DNA from: Raillietiella orientalis
Taxonomy: Eukaryota
Direction of reading: 5' to 3'
Length of the DNA stretch: 64,000 nucleotides
Assembly (NCBI GenBank): GCA_036172245.1
Contig: JAYWIR010000035.1
Coordinates: 930,001 to 994,000, forward strand
Below, piece by piece: positions 24,901 through 37,015 of this stretch. Each line of letters opens with the position of its first letter. Within the stretch, counting starts at the first letter, position 1. A model generated the notes under the pieces. That model was given only the letters and a program-made list of their open reading frames with translations, ran no database searches and had not been told where the DNA came from. Both the position numbers and the translations under genes were made by a program.

Positions 24901-27900
24901 TGTCAGATTGGAGTTTTTTTGGATAGAGAAACACTTTCCAAACTCATGAATTCTTCAAAATTCTGTTTCAGGGATGCGAAAATAGTTATCTGAGGAGAAA
25001 AAAAGGTAGAAAGCAATTAATCGGTGGTTTTCCGTTACCACCGTAAGAATAGTAGTATTAATGAACTGATGGGTGCCCATCTCAGTTTCGGTGTTAATTT
25101 AAAATAATTAATGGACATTAACAGCATCCGTCCTTCAATTACCGAATTGATTTATACTTGCTTTTGATTTACTGTGCATTCAAAAAGGCAGATAAATATG
25201 CAATAGAGTTTAGAGTTCGCAGCTAGTATTGAATTAGTTAGATATCAGAAACAAGCAGCCGATGATAATGTGTGCATTGCGAAAAACTTTTCACCTTCTC
25301 CTTGGTATTACGTGGTATTAATCAATTACAAAACCGTTTACAGCTGCTAATGCAATATGAGTAGGAATTGAATCTCGTGGAAAAGGAAGAAAGAGAAAAT
25401 AGATATCGCTCATGTATAAGTGAACAGAAAATCGATTGCATGAACTTAGTATATGCTCATCTACTAGCTAATATAATACTTGGTTTCCTACGATTCATAA
25501 TCGAATGATTGGCTATCATTTGTTGTCCGTTGGCTCAAAATTGGCTTCTACGACGGACAGTTGGTGGTATTTCTTCGTGTACAAACGATTAAACTTGTAC
25601 CACCAGAATATCCGTACTCAAAGGCTTGAATTGCAACTGCCCTTATTTGCTCATATTTGAGTTCTAAGCATGACTTCGTTTATCCTTAAAGATTTCGCTT
25701 GGGTCTGGGTTCTTTTTTTCTTTGTCTCAAAGTTTAGTAATTAAGAACCGTGAGTCTTCGAAAAATCATCTCAGCAGTTTCGTGCTCTCTAGATTTCGTC
25801 GACCAGTAGCGAAAACAGCCATTTGAATATTCTCTTCGAAAGCTATTTTCCCTGCTGATTTGTAAACCGTTGGCCGTCCTCTTGGATTCCACTTTCTCGA
25901 ACATCCAATTTTTTTTTTTTTTCCTATGTAGCTGCATAAAGATCTCTGTGTTTCCTTTCCATCATTTTTTCGCTCATGCTGACGCGGAAGACGAATCTTC
26001 CCACTATTGAGATTAAAAGAAACCATATCCAACCTTCCTGGCGTCTGTGTTCTTCCGATCAAGTAATAAAAGGAAGTCTCGTAATGGAATAATCAAATAA
26101 GCCCGCCGACTCCCAATCCCAGGCCGGTAAATGTGGCAGTCGCGCAGATCACACAATGCATAAGATGCATTGCAATGTAATATTCAAAGCTTTCGTAGAG
26201 CCTCGTACTTTTAGGGTTCCATCCTCATTCTCATGTAAAGGTAGGGAGCGTCTCGCTATTGGGACCCCAATGTAACGCTTCGGATAAATAAGTAAAGACT
26301 GAAAGATTGTAGTCCCGTAGGTCTGTGAAATTGCCCTGTGAGAATACCGGACGTGATGTGACTCGGTCCTGCCGGTTTATATAGTCTTTTTTGAACACAG
26401 TTTTAGGATTCTGCAAGGGAATTCCAATGATTCTGGTCGCTTGCATCGAATCTGCTTCGCCGTGCTGTTTGCTCGTTTTCCTTTTTCCTGCCTGCCTTTC
26501 TCCGGTATCAAATCTTTCAACTCGAAATGCCTTGCAAGCGTTCGCTACCATCATGCTTGCATGCGCCGATTTTTTTTTCTTCTTCCATATCTGTACGAAC
26601 GCTTTCAATTTTTTGTCCCAGGTAGTGCGGAATTAGAAGGGAATTTTGTTTTGTACCTGAAAATTTTGCAAATCTTGCGATCTTTATCTCGAAATTGCAC
26701 TTCGACGAATTGAAAAGATATCGTTAGAGCGTGAAACTCATTTTTGTGCACTTTATAGATAAATCCTACAGAAAGCCACTTGCAACTGGTCTCCACAAGG
26801 ATGTCCGAAGAAGACCGTATCGAAAAGTGAAAGCATCGTAGACTTAAGTCTGTAGGGACCTTTTCTAGTCATCACCCCTTTGCAGCTTCAGTCCTATCAA
26901 GGTTTTTGGTCCATGGCTAGGAACGTTTTGTCTTCCCACATATAAATTATCGTACAAGGGTCCCCACATCGAGAATAGATTTAAACTTCTCGCTTTATCT
27001 CTAGGAAAACATCCAGTCGATTTCACAGGCAGAGAGAATAGCAAGGTGACCACTACATTCCCATCTAGATGTACTGATTGCTTTTGTCTCCAACGTCACG
27101 GTAGCTGTTGTAATAACAAACTCACCTCTAGGAAGTGTACCAACAGTCAGCCAATATCGCATGACTTTTTGTCAAAAATTGTTTGCCGAGCTAACAGTGA
27201 CCTCATTCATTTTTTACGTTTATTACTTTTGGTTTGTGGAATGGTTCTTATTCTCAACGTATGCAGCAGCTACATAGCAGTTCTTCGTGTCCACATAACT
27301 CGTCGGATCACATTCATGTATTCGTGTGTTATAAGCCCCCCTTTTCCGATTACGTGCATTCCATTCCGTTAGTGTGTGCTAAATGTGATCCACTCCCAGC
27401 GGAGGTAAGCACTCGAGGTTGCTTTCCTCAGCTTTCTTTCCTCTAGCGTTCCATCGGTAATCCCAAGAGAAAAAATTCCCAAATTACCCACAGTTTGCAA
27501 TAAATTTGTGCTGAAAGTGGGACTGTGTTCATAATTAATAGGTGCGAAAGCTTTCGCGGACATGGATACAACAGTTCCTTTTTTTTTTTTTTTTTTTTTT
27601 TCTTTACCTTCCAAGTAATTGATGCTCTATTTGATGTACGGTCATTAGACATTTAAATTATGATTCCATGTCAAAACAGGATATCTTTTATTTAGAGATA
27701 CACATTGATTGATTGAAAATGGCAAGGGTGCGGAACTGTAAAAGAATTAGGAGCGGAAAAAAAATAAAAAGGATATTGTAAACATAAACTACAGAGAATT
27801 CCAAATCACACCTTTCAAGGGATAAGTTGAAAAGCCGGTTATCGGTTCTGTTGCTGTATCGAAAACCTTTGATGACGAAGCTTACGGTTAATAAGCTACA

Positions 27901-30552
27901 AGATGTCTAAGGTAATGAAAATTGTTTGGAATCCCTAGGAATCCCTTAACAGTATAGCTGCATACCTTACCTGCATGGAAAATCGTAGTTATCTGTTATC
28001 TTTTAAGTGTTCCAATAAAACTTATTCCTAAACTATTCTGCTATTGTGGTAGTGCCCTTAAACTTTGTTCCAATCGTAGCAGCTTTGTAGAAACTGGCGG
28101 AAAGTCGTTGTAACCTCAAGAACTTATAGAAGTTTGCCGATATCCATGGTTTAGTATTATATCGAGTCTGCGTGTAGTCTACGTATGTATAGTATAAAAT
28201 CTGGTCGATCTTCCTAAATGAAAACAAGAAAGAAGGCTGTCATGCAAGACGTTAAATAACTCTTATGTGATATGTCCAAAATATGGCTAGCTTTTTTCAT
28301 TCTTCAATGTGATTTCTTGTCCGAATCAAATTGAAGGAAAACCTGCATTTTAAATGCAAGTTCTAGAAAAACGTCTGATACAAACGTTTCAACGAAGAAT
28401 GATTTGGAGAAACCATCCAATATTATTAAAGATTATTAAACATCGGAGAGAATAAAATATTCTTCAGGAAATGAAAAAGTAGAAGGGAAAAAGGGTTTTC
28501 CCGACTTATACATGGAAATATGAGTGCATGTTGTACATGAAATTCTCGGTTATACATATGTTGGAAGTTCTGTTTAATTAGAGAAACACTGGCGCCCGTT
28601 TTCTGTCGAGTTTTACTTTGTGTTGTGTGCTTTTCGGTTTTGGCATACAAAAGTGTTTTTGGCAGGTTCGAGTTATATTCAGCATTATGCTTACTTTGCG
28701 TATGCTTTGCTGGAATGATAGCTATCAACAGTGAATTGCTTTTTGTCTGGAAAATAGACTCTTAAGAAGAGGGAGTTAGAATGTGAACAGGAGTTGGAGA
28801 AATTAGCCCGAGAAAAAATTGCAGCACAACAGCGTTTGGCCACGTTGAAGAAAGAAATGTTCCAGTTAGAATACTCAAGTGGAAGAAGGAGCAGTAGAGA
28901 TCCCGAAAATCTCAATGAATCAATAGCAATAGGTACATGTGTTGGAATATTTATCAAAATTAGCCCTGTTTGTTGTTTGTGCAGATGTGAAGAATGAACA
29001 GAATATACATCAAAACAGTTTGAATGTTCCTGAAACTAAAAAGAGCAGCAGCCCTACAGTCGGTAAGATTTGTGTTAACACGGAGATTTATCATGATTAT
29101 AGAAAAATCAGAATATTCCTCCTGCACACTGGACACAGAAAGAGATAAATTGGGGAACCTAATGGATTCCAACAAAGATAACGAATCTTCGATACAGAGT
29201 GAAGTATATTCAAACAGTGTAAACGAATCAGAGGCTTTGCATACCAGTGAGAAGCCAATTTCTCTTCCTAATGAAACAAACATCAAAAAAGAGGCAAATT
29301 GTTTCACATGTTCAGATTCACAGGATGAATTTGCATATGAAAACCAAATATATGCGGAAAACGCTAACCCGCATACAGATACTCTGATGGTTCTTCCATC
29401 TAAACTCAGTGCTAATGCCGAGCAACAGGCCACAAGTATTTCTTCTCCGATTTCTATCCAGTTATCTTCCTCTCTAATTCAAACTCAAATTCCCGTGACA
29501 AGATTGCAACTTGTGACACCATGTGGAATTCGTTTCATGTCAAATATCCTACCAGGTAAATTAACAAAAATTGTTTTTTAATTTCCCACTATTTGCTTCA
29601 GTTTCTCAGGAGAATTTTACTAGCACTCTGGATACGTCAGCCAAAAGTTTTGCACATCCATCCTCCACAATTGTTAGTGTTAGTAATCCTGCCACCCTGA
29701 GCCCTAGTCTTCTGTCAACCACAGGAAAAGGAAATACGGCCATCCCAGGTAAATCTAAAAGAAAATCCGGGCGTAATAATTGCGTGGTAAAGGTGTAGTG
29801 TTTTCTGGAGAGATGTTGCAAGGGTCAATGAGCGTGATGCAAACAAGTGGTAACCATAATCTCCTTATTCCTGTGTCAAAAACTATCAGTTCACTCCCAA
29901 CTACCCTTCCTGTGTCCCCTGATGAAGGTAGCATCAATTCCTCATAAAAGAAATCTCCGTTAACTTTCAGTAGGTATCACACAGCTGGTTGCCTCAGCAG
30001 TGAATAGTGTAACACGCCCTATTTTAGCATCCAACATCTCCCAGCTGGCCATGTTGCCAGCACCTTCATATGGAAAGGTAAATTTGTTTGTTCTATTAAT
30101 CAGTTTATTACGATTGTTTGTAAGGATTCTTTCCGTTGGGAAGAATGTGCCAAAGATACTGTACTCAAATCAACATCAGAGCACAATCTTATCATCAGTG
30201 CCTCTTCGGGGGGAACACTTCAGGGTGCTCGAGTTTTGGCTGCATAAGTGTATTCTCCTCTATAGTGCTGAATGGTGATGGAGCTTGGCTTAGGTACTTG
30301 CTATTGGCTTTTTCCTTGTAATCCTGTTTTCAGTTTTCAACATCTCTGTTATTTGAAGTTTGAATATGAATCAAAATTCTTTTCTTCTAGATCCTGGAGC
30401 ACCAGCTTTTGAAGCCCATAAATAGCAGTGCTGTGTTAAGCAATCAGTGTTTGGGGTCTTATTCATCTAGCCAAGGTCTGATGAAGCCCATTGTTGCTGT
30501 TGCTGTCCCATCTTCATCCAGTTCTGGTCCTTCTTCAACTTCAATAATCTAA
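21916..30552 (+). CDS. MNT: Max-binding protein Mnt (SID + bHLH-Zip repressor); 3' exon structure uncertain
   Basis: Exon 21916-21985 encodes MNIETLLEAAKYVE (Sin3-interaction domain). Next come 22156-22387, then 22686-22839 GTREVHNKLEKFRRAHLKECFE...SNLSVLRSSLRCIQ (bHLH), and 28758-28932 LKKRE...LAREKIAAQQRLATLKKE (zipper). Ser/Thr/Pro-rich exons follow: 28985-29062, 29103-29555, 29602-29748, 29799-29927, 29971-30077. The phases of the last exons (30125-30552, ending LMKPIVAVAVP...*) could not be fully reconciled. Confidence 0.9.
23052..23390. promoter_or_regulatory. Candidate intronic regulatory cluster (CRE, GC box, E-box) in Mnt intron 3
   Basis: TGACGTCA at 23052-23059, GGGGCGG at 23084-23090 and CCACGTGC at 23384-23391, in a CpG-retaining stretch. 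Confidence 0.3.
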
Positions 30553-31799
30553 ACCAATTGGAGCTGACAGATCTATTATACCAAAGAATTTTAAAAACTG
30601 AAGAAATTCAACCGAATACATTTATTAAAATAAAATATATGTAATAATCACGAAAAGTCCAATAGCAATTTCATCACTTGCGTTGATTATACGTGTGTAT
30701 AATCAGGTTTTAGTGGCTGCATTCAGTATATCACGGACTGTTTTATTCAAAGCAACATACAATTTAAATAATAAACTTAAAAACAGGCTTGAAATAGATC
30801 TTTAGGGTTACATCGGAGAAATTCCCAAAAAGGGAGCATAGATCCAACCCGGTAAATTCCATGCAGTATATTGCACCCTACATTGAGGGAAATTTCAGAT
30901 AATTCGCTTGAAGTACCGAATACTTTCCAGTATTCACTTTGCAAAAACTCCTTTCCATTTGGATCTGCTTCCGTCTTATAAACTAGCAACTTTGTATTGG
31001 AAACCAGCATCTAATTTGATAAACACTTTCGGGATATTTGTTTTTAAGTTTGTATCCATCATTTGGATTGAATGGTTTTTGTTTTTTGACATTCTGGCGA
31101 TGTGGCGAGCGTCAAATGTCATTCGATTCATTCTCTTCGTTGGCCCCTACGTTTGATAGCGATGGTAATTCTCGTTGAAGTTTGGTCCAAAGTTGCTTTC
31201 TTTGCAAAGAGTTGTAATAATATAAAGAATTCAAATGGTAAACGAACACTGTTTCTGCACTCCTTTTTACGTGTGTGATGTAACCGGGAAAGCAAGCAAA
31301 TGAAACTTTTCAGATAACTTCTGGAGATTGACAGTTTTTGTGAAGCCAGGGTCACAATGGAACCGACCATGCAGCATTAATAATTTAAAGGAAAATATTT
31401 ATGATTGACTACCAGACGGAAGTACTCTAGATGAATAAACTACTAGATGAAGTAGCTGCATTGCACCCTCAACAGTGCAAACACTCTAGCCACTAACACA
31501 GTACTTTCCAACCGATCTTACTTTGAATTTGGAATCATTTGTTTCACTTTATCATATTACAAAACAGTCACAGCATCACTCGAAGTTCCTCCTTATTTAC
31601 TCTCAAACTACACTGTACTCCCAGCTCTGCAAAACTTTATGTTTGCTATTTCATGTGTGCTCCGATTTATTGCTTTCTGATACTCTTTCTGGCAAAAGAA
31701 TTTTCCTTCATTTGCACCTCCACCTAGGCGACCATTCCTTCGAACTGCCTCTTCGTGTTACAAGCTGAGACGGGTAACTCCACACAGAAGACAAACATT

Positions 31800-34700
31800 A
31801 ACAGCTCGCTACAGCAACTGATTCTCTGACTTACTGGATACGGGGATATGTCACTGTCCCAGCGACGGATGACAGGAAAATAGGAAAGCCGGAAGTCTCC
31901 TTGTGCACCTCTTATCGTGGGAAGATGAACTATGGCTGAACTTTATGAATTTCAATGTTTTCCGTTATGTGTTCAATTTTTAACGAAAAGCTGTTGAAAT
32001 GCTGAGCAGTTATGCAGCTTCCTGCACAGATTGGGTTTATGATTCATAGATTGCGGGGCTGGGTATACGTGTGTGATCTGGGAGTGCATGACCAGTTTGC
32101 AGTAAACCTCTCAGAGAAGTCCCAAATAAAATGCTCTCCTTATAATCACAATTGAAAACACAGCATAAGCTATCAAGTTCAAGATACCAAATAGCTTCAG
32201 TGGATTGGCAGCTCCGCATGGAAACGGTGAAACTTGCAGGGATCTATCTTGGCTAATAACTGATAGGGTTTTTGTCGTCTACCCCTAGAGATACGAGTTC
32301 AGAGGTGCTCACCTGTAAAGTTCCGCCGAAGAACTTTAGGTTCTCTTTTAACTATAAATGTGCTCAAAAGGGTAGGGTAAGATCACCTTACGATAGTGAA
32401 GGACACATTAGCTGTTGTGTTTGCTCTGAGAGGGACTTTCTCATTCAGTTTTTCATTCAGACTCTTTCATTCAAGTTTTTCATTCAGTTGCAATCTTAGC
32501 TGACAAACTAAACTGTGGAGAATGCAATGAGTATTGAAAGCTTAACTTGAACTAATTCACAGCTCCATCTTTGAACGGATTTTTAGAAAAGTACCTGCCA
32601 AGATAAACATTCGTTTGCGCAACCAATAAACAAGACTTCTAATGACGTCCAGCAATTATGGATCTTTACTCAGCTGAGACCAGCAATTTGCAAAGGGAAA
32701 AAAAAACTAAGCTACTGTGATGTTGCACTTTATTTCAGAGTTTCTCAGTATATATTCATATTTTCAAATGTGTTTCGACAAGGAGATACACATACACACG
32801 AAAAAAAGAAAAACGCTCAACCAATCTCTAAAAATTCAGTTCCGTATTCGTGAACAATTTTTTGCATCCTTTAGACGTCACAACTTTCAAAATACGATGA
32901 TAAACAATCTTTCGTTGAATGTCGTTTTACTGTTGTATGAAAGAAAGCATAACAAATATCATCCCATCTAATTAGTGTCCATGCAAGATTGCCATTTCAA
33001 ACGACCTCGATTATATCTTCTTTGGTCTCTGCATATTTCTGCGGACCTTATGGTGAGATGAGCAGGAAAATACTCATTTGCTTCGGATTCTTCACAGAAA
33101 AGGGAACATCAGTGGTGTGCTCCTTTTGTGCGTACAAGCCGATATATGCAGTGACTTAACTCTTTGAAGGAATATACAGGAATATACAGGAAAGGAACTA
33201 GGAACAGAAGTATTCTTTCGATGTGCAGTAAAAAATCTTGCTTAAATATTGAATGGTAGTTAGCTTCAAAAAGAAAAATTAAAAAGAATGATGCATCCGG
33301 GATCCTATAAATCTCTAAAGCTTCGTAAGAGTTAATCCTATAAGGAATTCAGATTTGCCAAACTGATATCCAGGAAATCAGAGTCCTTGAAAAAGCAGGA
33401 ATAGTTTGTTTCATTCTGGTAAGCATACCCCATTCTTCATGTACCACACCGCATTCTCATTTAAGGGTGTTTCATGAGAAATTCACCTGACTTGAAATAA
33501 CTAGACTGACGTTTCATTAGCATGACCCAATAAATTATAAATTCATAGAGAAATTCTATTAATTTTTATACACCGTCTAGGATATGTTTATTCCTTGATA
33601 TGTCTATTGTTTGAAGATAACATTTTACATTAAACTTGAATACACGATTGTCTTTAATTTGGTTTCCTGTTACATTGCGTACGGCTACAGTTAGCAATTT
33701 CCCTTTATCACTTAACGTACTATGCTGCATCTCAATGCATGAACTTTATTAATGCCTACGACAAATACGAATAAAATTTCCACCGAACGTTCCTATAAAT
33801 CAGTAATATTCAATGAATTATTATTGTAAGAGTGGCTTTCTTTAGTAAATCACTGTGATCATAGAAGGTAGAAACAAATTTGTAATAATAGCAGCATTGA
33901 AAAAATGAAATGAGTTTTTGATGCCGATAAGTTTGGTATAAATATTCACAAAATCGGAGTTGGACTTTGCTACACTGTAACACCAAGATTTAAAGCTTGT
34001 GAGACTGATCACGGAAATGGAATACGTCTTCTCTAAATGATGATACAAATGGAAAAATGCTGAGGAGGAGTTCGTTTAATAGACAAGTTCGTGGTTCCAG
34101 GCACAGATAGATTCACATCAAGTAAAAAGATTCCCAAATTTTGTGATTTTCAAAATCATTTGCTAGCGAGAAGTTTCTACGAATGTTGCACAGTTTGCAA
34201 GTTTAAGGGAAACATCTATTCTAAGATTCTGTGCTGCAACCAAAGTGACTGGAATCGTAGACAGTCATCAAAAAGCAAACTGGATGGTCAGATATTCTTG
34301 GATCATGTACATAGCAACAGAGGTTTCATGAAAGCTGGCTGCAATTCAACTTTTATTTTCCTATTTCTTTAGAATATATTTTCTACAGAATTTCATAATT
34401 CTATACAGTAAATAGATGAAATTTCATTTTGTTTCCGCGTCCATAGATTCATTTCAAGGGGACAAGATGCCAGATTTAGTCATTTGTACAATCATTTGAA
34501 CAGGAACCACCTGAAATCCAAATGGAGGAGATCGAGTTTCCCTACTGGTCCAATTCCTTCGAAGGTATGCTTTCAGTTTGAAGGTATCTGAGGGAATGTA
34601 TTTTTCCTTTCTCGACGATTGTGGGTGTTTAAAAAGTGCTTGAAGTCCATTCATTAGTTAAGCTGACTTTAGCTTCGCCATCGTCTGCAAAAAACTTCCA

Positions 34701-34900
34701 GTGCTTTCAACCAGCGTCAATTAGGAGTACCGCTATTATGTTTTCTAATTGCGAGTAGTTATAAAATTCAAATCAAGTTTCTGAGGAGAAAAGCTCTTTT
34801 CATTTTTTTCACTGACTATAAGAAAAAGATGTTTTAACCGTCTGGAACTTCGAAAACGCCCACTTTTCATATTACAAAAGGGTCTAGAAGTCAAATGTTT
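31800..34900 (-). mobile_element. Possible decayed LINE (APE-RT) remnant
   Basis: Minus-strand fragments appear in the expected order: PRISDHPV near 34290 (endonuclease SDH), PTLLSTFI near 32370 (resembling SPxLFNIFI) and EAIWYLELDS near 32180 (resembling YLG region). Many stops. Confidence 0.3.
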
Positions 34901-34999
34901 CTGATCTCCAACGAAACTATTATGCAACATTGGAATTTACAAAAAGCTACTCTTAATGCATAAAATCCCTCTGATAGGAAGTGGTTTTACACACGCCTT

Positions 35000-36600
35000 A
35001 TCAGAAAGTTCGGAAGATATCTGGGCAGAAGACCTGACGAAAGATTAGGGAGAAAAAATGGGAATCTTAGTGATGTCCTCTCAGCCCTTGTCTTCAATTC
35101 TGTTCAAGCAGACATTGTTTTCCACATTCCTTTCTTCGGTGAATTTTTCCCTCTTTTGAGGCTGCCTCTGGTGCCACTGATATTCCTTTCAAAAGATCCG
35201 TTTTGCTCGTTCCTCCTTTTCTTTAACTGGATGACGGCATACCAGCGCGACCACCGAGAGCAGTTCATGAGGGCAACGGCTCTTTCGCTTACTTTTCCAG
35301 AGCTGGTCCGAAGACACTCCGTAACGTGCTCAAGACTCAGAGCGCTGGCTCGGTGAAAACGGGACCTCGCAATAGAAGACCATGGCAAAAACTCGTTTCC
35401 TCAGTATGGAAGGCAGATTTGAAACTTCCCGTGACCACTCCGCCAATCTGGCGGACTGAAAACTGGAATTGAAGACCCGCCAGCTGAAGGTAGCCCGGCA
35501 GATCTTTTCCACTTCGTTGTTTTTTTCCTTCACGTTCCATACTGCGCTCTTCAGCTTCCTCGTCCTTACCCAGGCAGCCAGAGCTACTTGGTAGCAGAAG
35601 CTCCTCCTTTCCTGGTCAGTCTTCCTTCTTTACAGGCCTTGTGTCGTCATCTTCCGCCATCAGGAGATCCACGACAGATCCCGACTTGAAACCCAGACGA
35701 ATTTGCCCCGCTGTGGGCTCAAAGCCTTCTCCCGCTACTACTCAACCTCCATTCTATCCGATCTTGATCCAGTCTCTCTTCGTCGCCAGCTGGCTTTTCG
35801 AAAATGGAAATCTTGGAGAACCTGCACAATGGAACAGGAGAAGGACAAATACATAAATTGGCTCCCAAACAAAGGAACAAAAAAAATGTAAAATCTATAT
35901 TTGGAATGCCAGATATGATTTTACAAGAAGCCTGGTTTCCAGAGTCTTCTCGCAGGATCGCAGTAGTGGATCCCAAGAGAAGGCAGCAAAAGTATACCTC
36001 GGTCAGCAAAAGACAGCAACTCTTGGATTTCCAAGTGGTGAAGAGGCACCTGCGAGGAGCTCGCGTGTTGAGGGAAGGACCGTCCAAAGGGACTTAGATA
36101 GAGAACGGAAAGTATGACAGGTTCCAGAAAGCGTGCTTGATAAAAAAAGGAAAAGAGCTTCCATCTGCTTCCCCATGAGGATCCTGTGTGCTTTCGAAAA
36201 GGTTTCCTCCGTGCCGATGATAGTCTGGTCTGCTGCTTCTTCGACGATTAGGCGTAAGCAATTAGAGCCATGGGAAAGGCTTGAGAAAAAATGCGCCGAT
36301 CAAATGCGGAGCAAAGGGAGAGGACCCGTGGATTCCTCATAAGAATTGGCAGATTTGGCTCCCAATCTTCTTCGGGTGAAGAATGGTTGGACAAGCAGAG
36401 TGGCTAGGAGTTCAGCAGGGGACTCGAAGCTTACGCTGAAACTGGCGGGGTCAGAACTTCATCTCGCACCATTCGCTAGGAGGAAACGGCTTCGCAATCC
36501 TCGTGGAACCTTGTAAAGAAGTTGCACCGACGCCTACTCTTCTCCATCCATCCTTGCGGGTGCAGTCAGTTTTCCACCTGAAGAAAATCTGGACGAATGT
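35000..36600 (-). mobile_element. Decayed non-LTR retrotransposon RT region (LOA/R1-like)
   Basis: Ordered minus-strand motifs: APARMDG (like KAPGxDG, ~36555), FPPSEW (like FPxxW, ~36475), NS*PLCLSN (like NYRPISLL, ~36400), ALFL-IKHAFWNLSY (like FLDIxGAFDN, ~36155) and GIL (like QGGxLSP, ~35995). Frameshifted. Confidence 0.5.
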
Positions 36601-36680
36601 ATATCCGCTCTTAGAGTCACTTCGTCCTGGGATGATGAACTGAATATAAGGTCTGCTTCTCGGTTGCCATTCTGAAAATG

Positions 36681-36800
36681 TTCCCTTGCCTCCATCTTTC
36701 CTTTCTTCTTTCCTCCCTTCCTCCCTTCTTTCTTTTCTTCCTTCCCTCCTTCCTTCGTTCTTTCCTTCCTTTCTTGATTCCGTACCCCTTCCTCTTTTTA
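36681..36800 (+). repeat. Polypyrimidine (CT-rich, CTTC-like) low-complexity tract
   Basis: About 120 nt almost entirely C/T, lying ~215 nt upstream of the coiled-coil gene's first ATG. Confidence 0.85.
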
Positions 36801-37015
36801 TGTTTCACCGCCTGGGCGGCTCCCGCGCAGTTTCCGTCAGGTCACTCGAACAGCGTCCGTTGCATCCGGCCAGCCTCAATCCCATTGGTCTGCCGCGCGC
36901 AGGAGTGGCTCGTTTCGGCGTTCTTCATTGTTGGGGTGCGCAGGGCCTATTTCGCCGAGCACTTTGTTCGAAACGAGTGCGTGGACTCCGTGCGGTGGAT
37001 ACTCCAAATTCCAGG

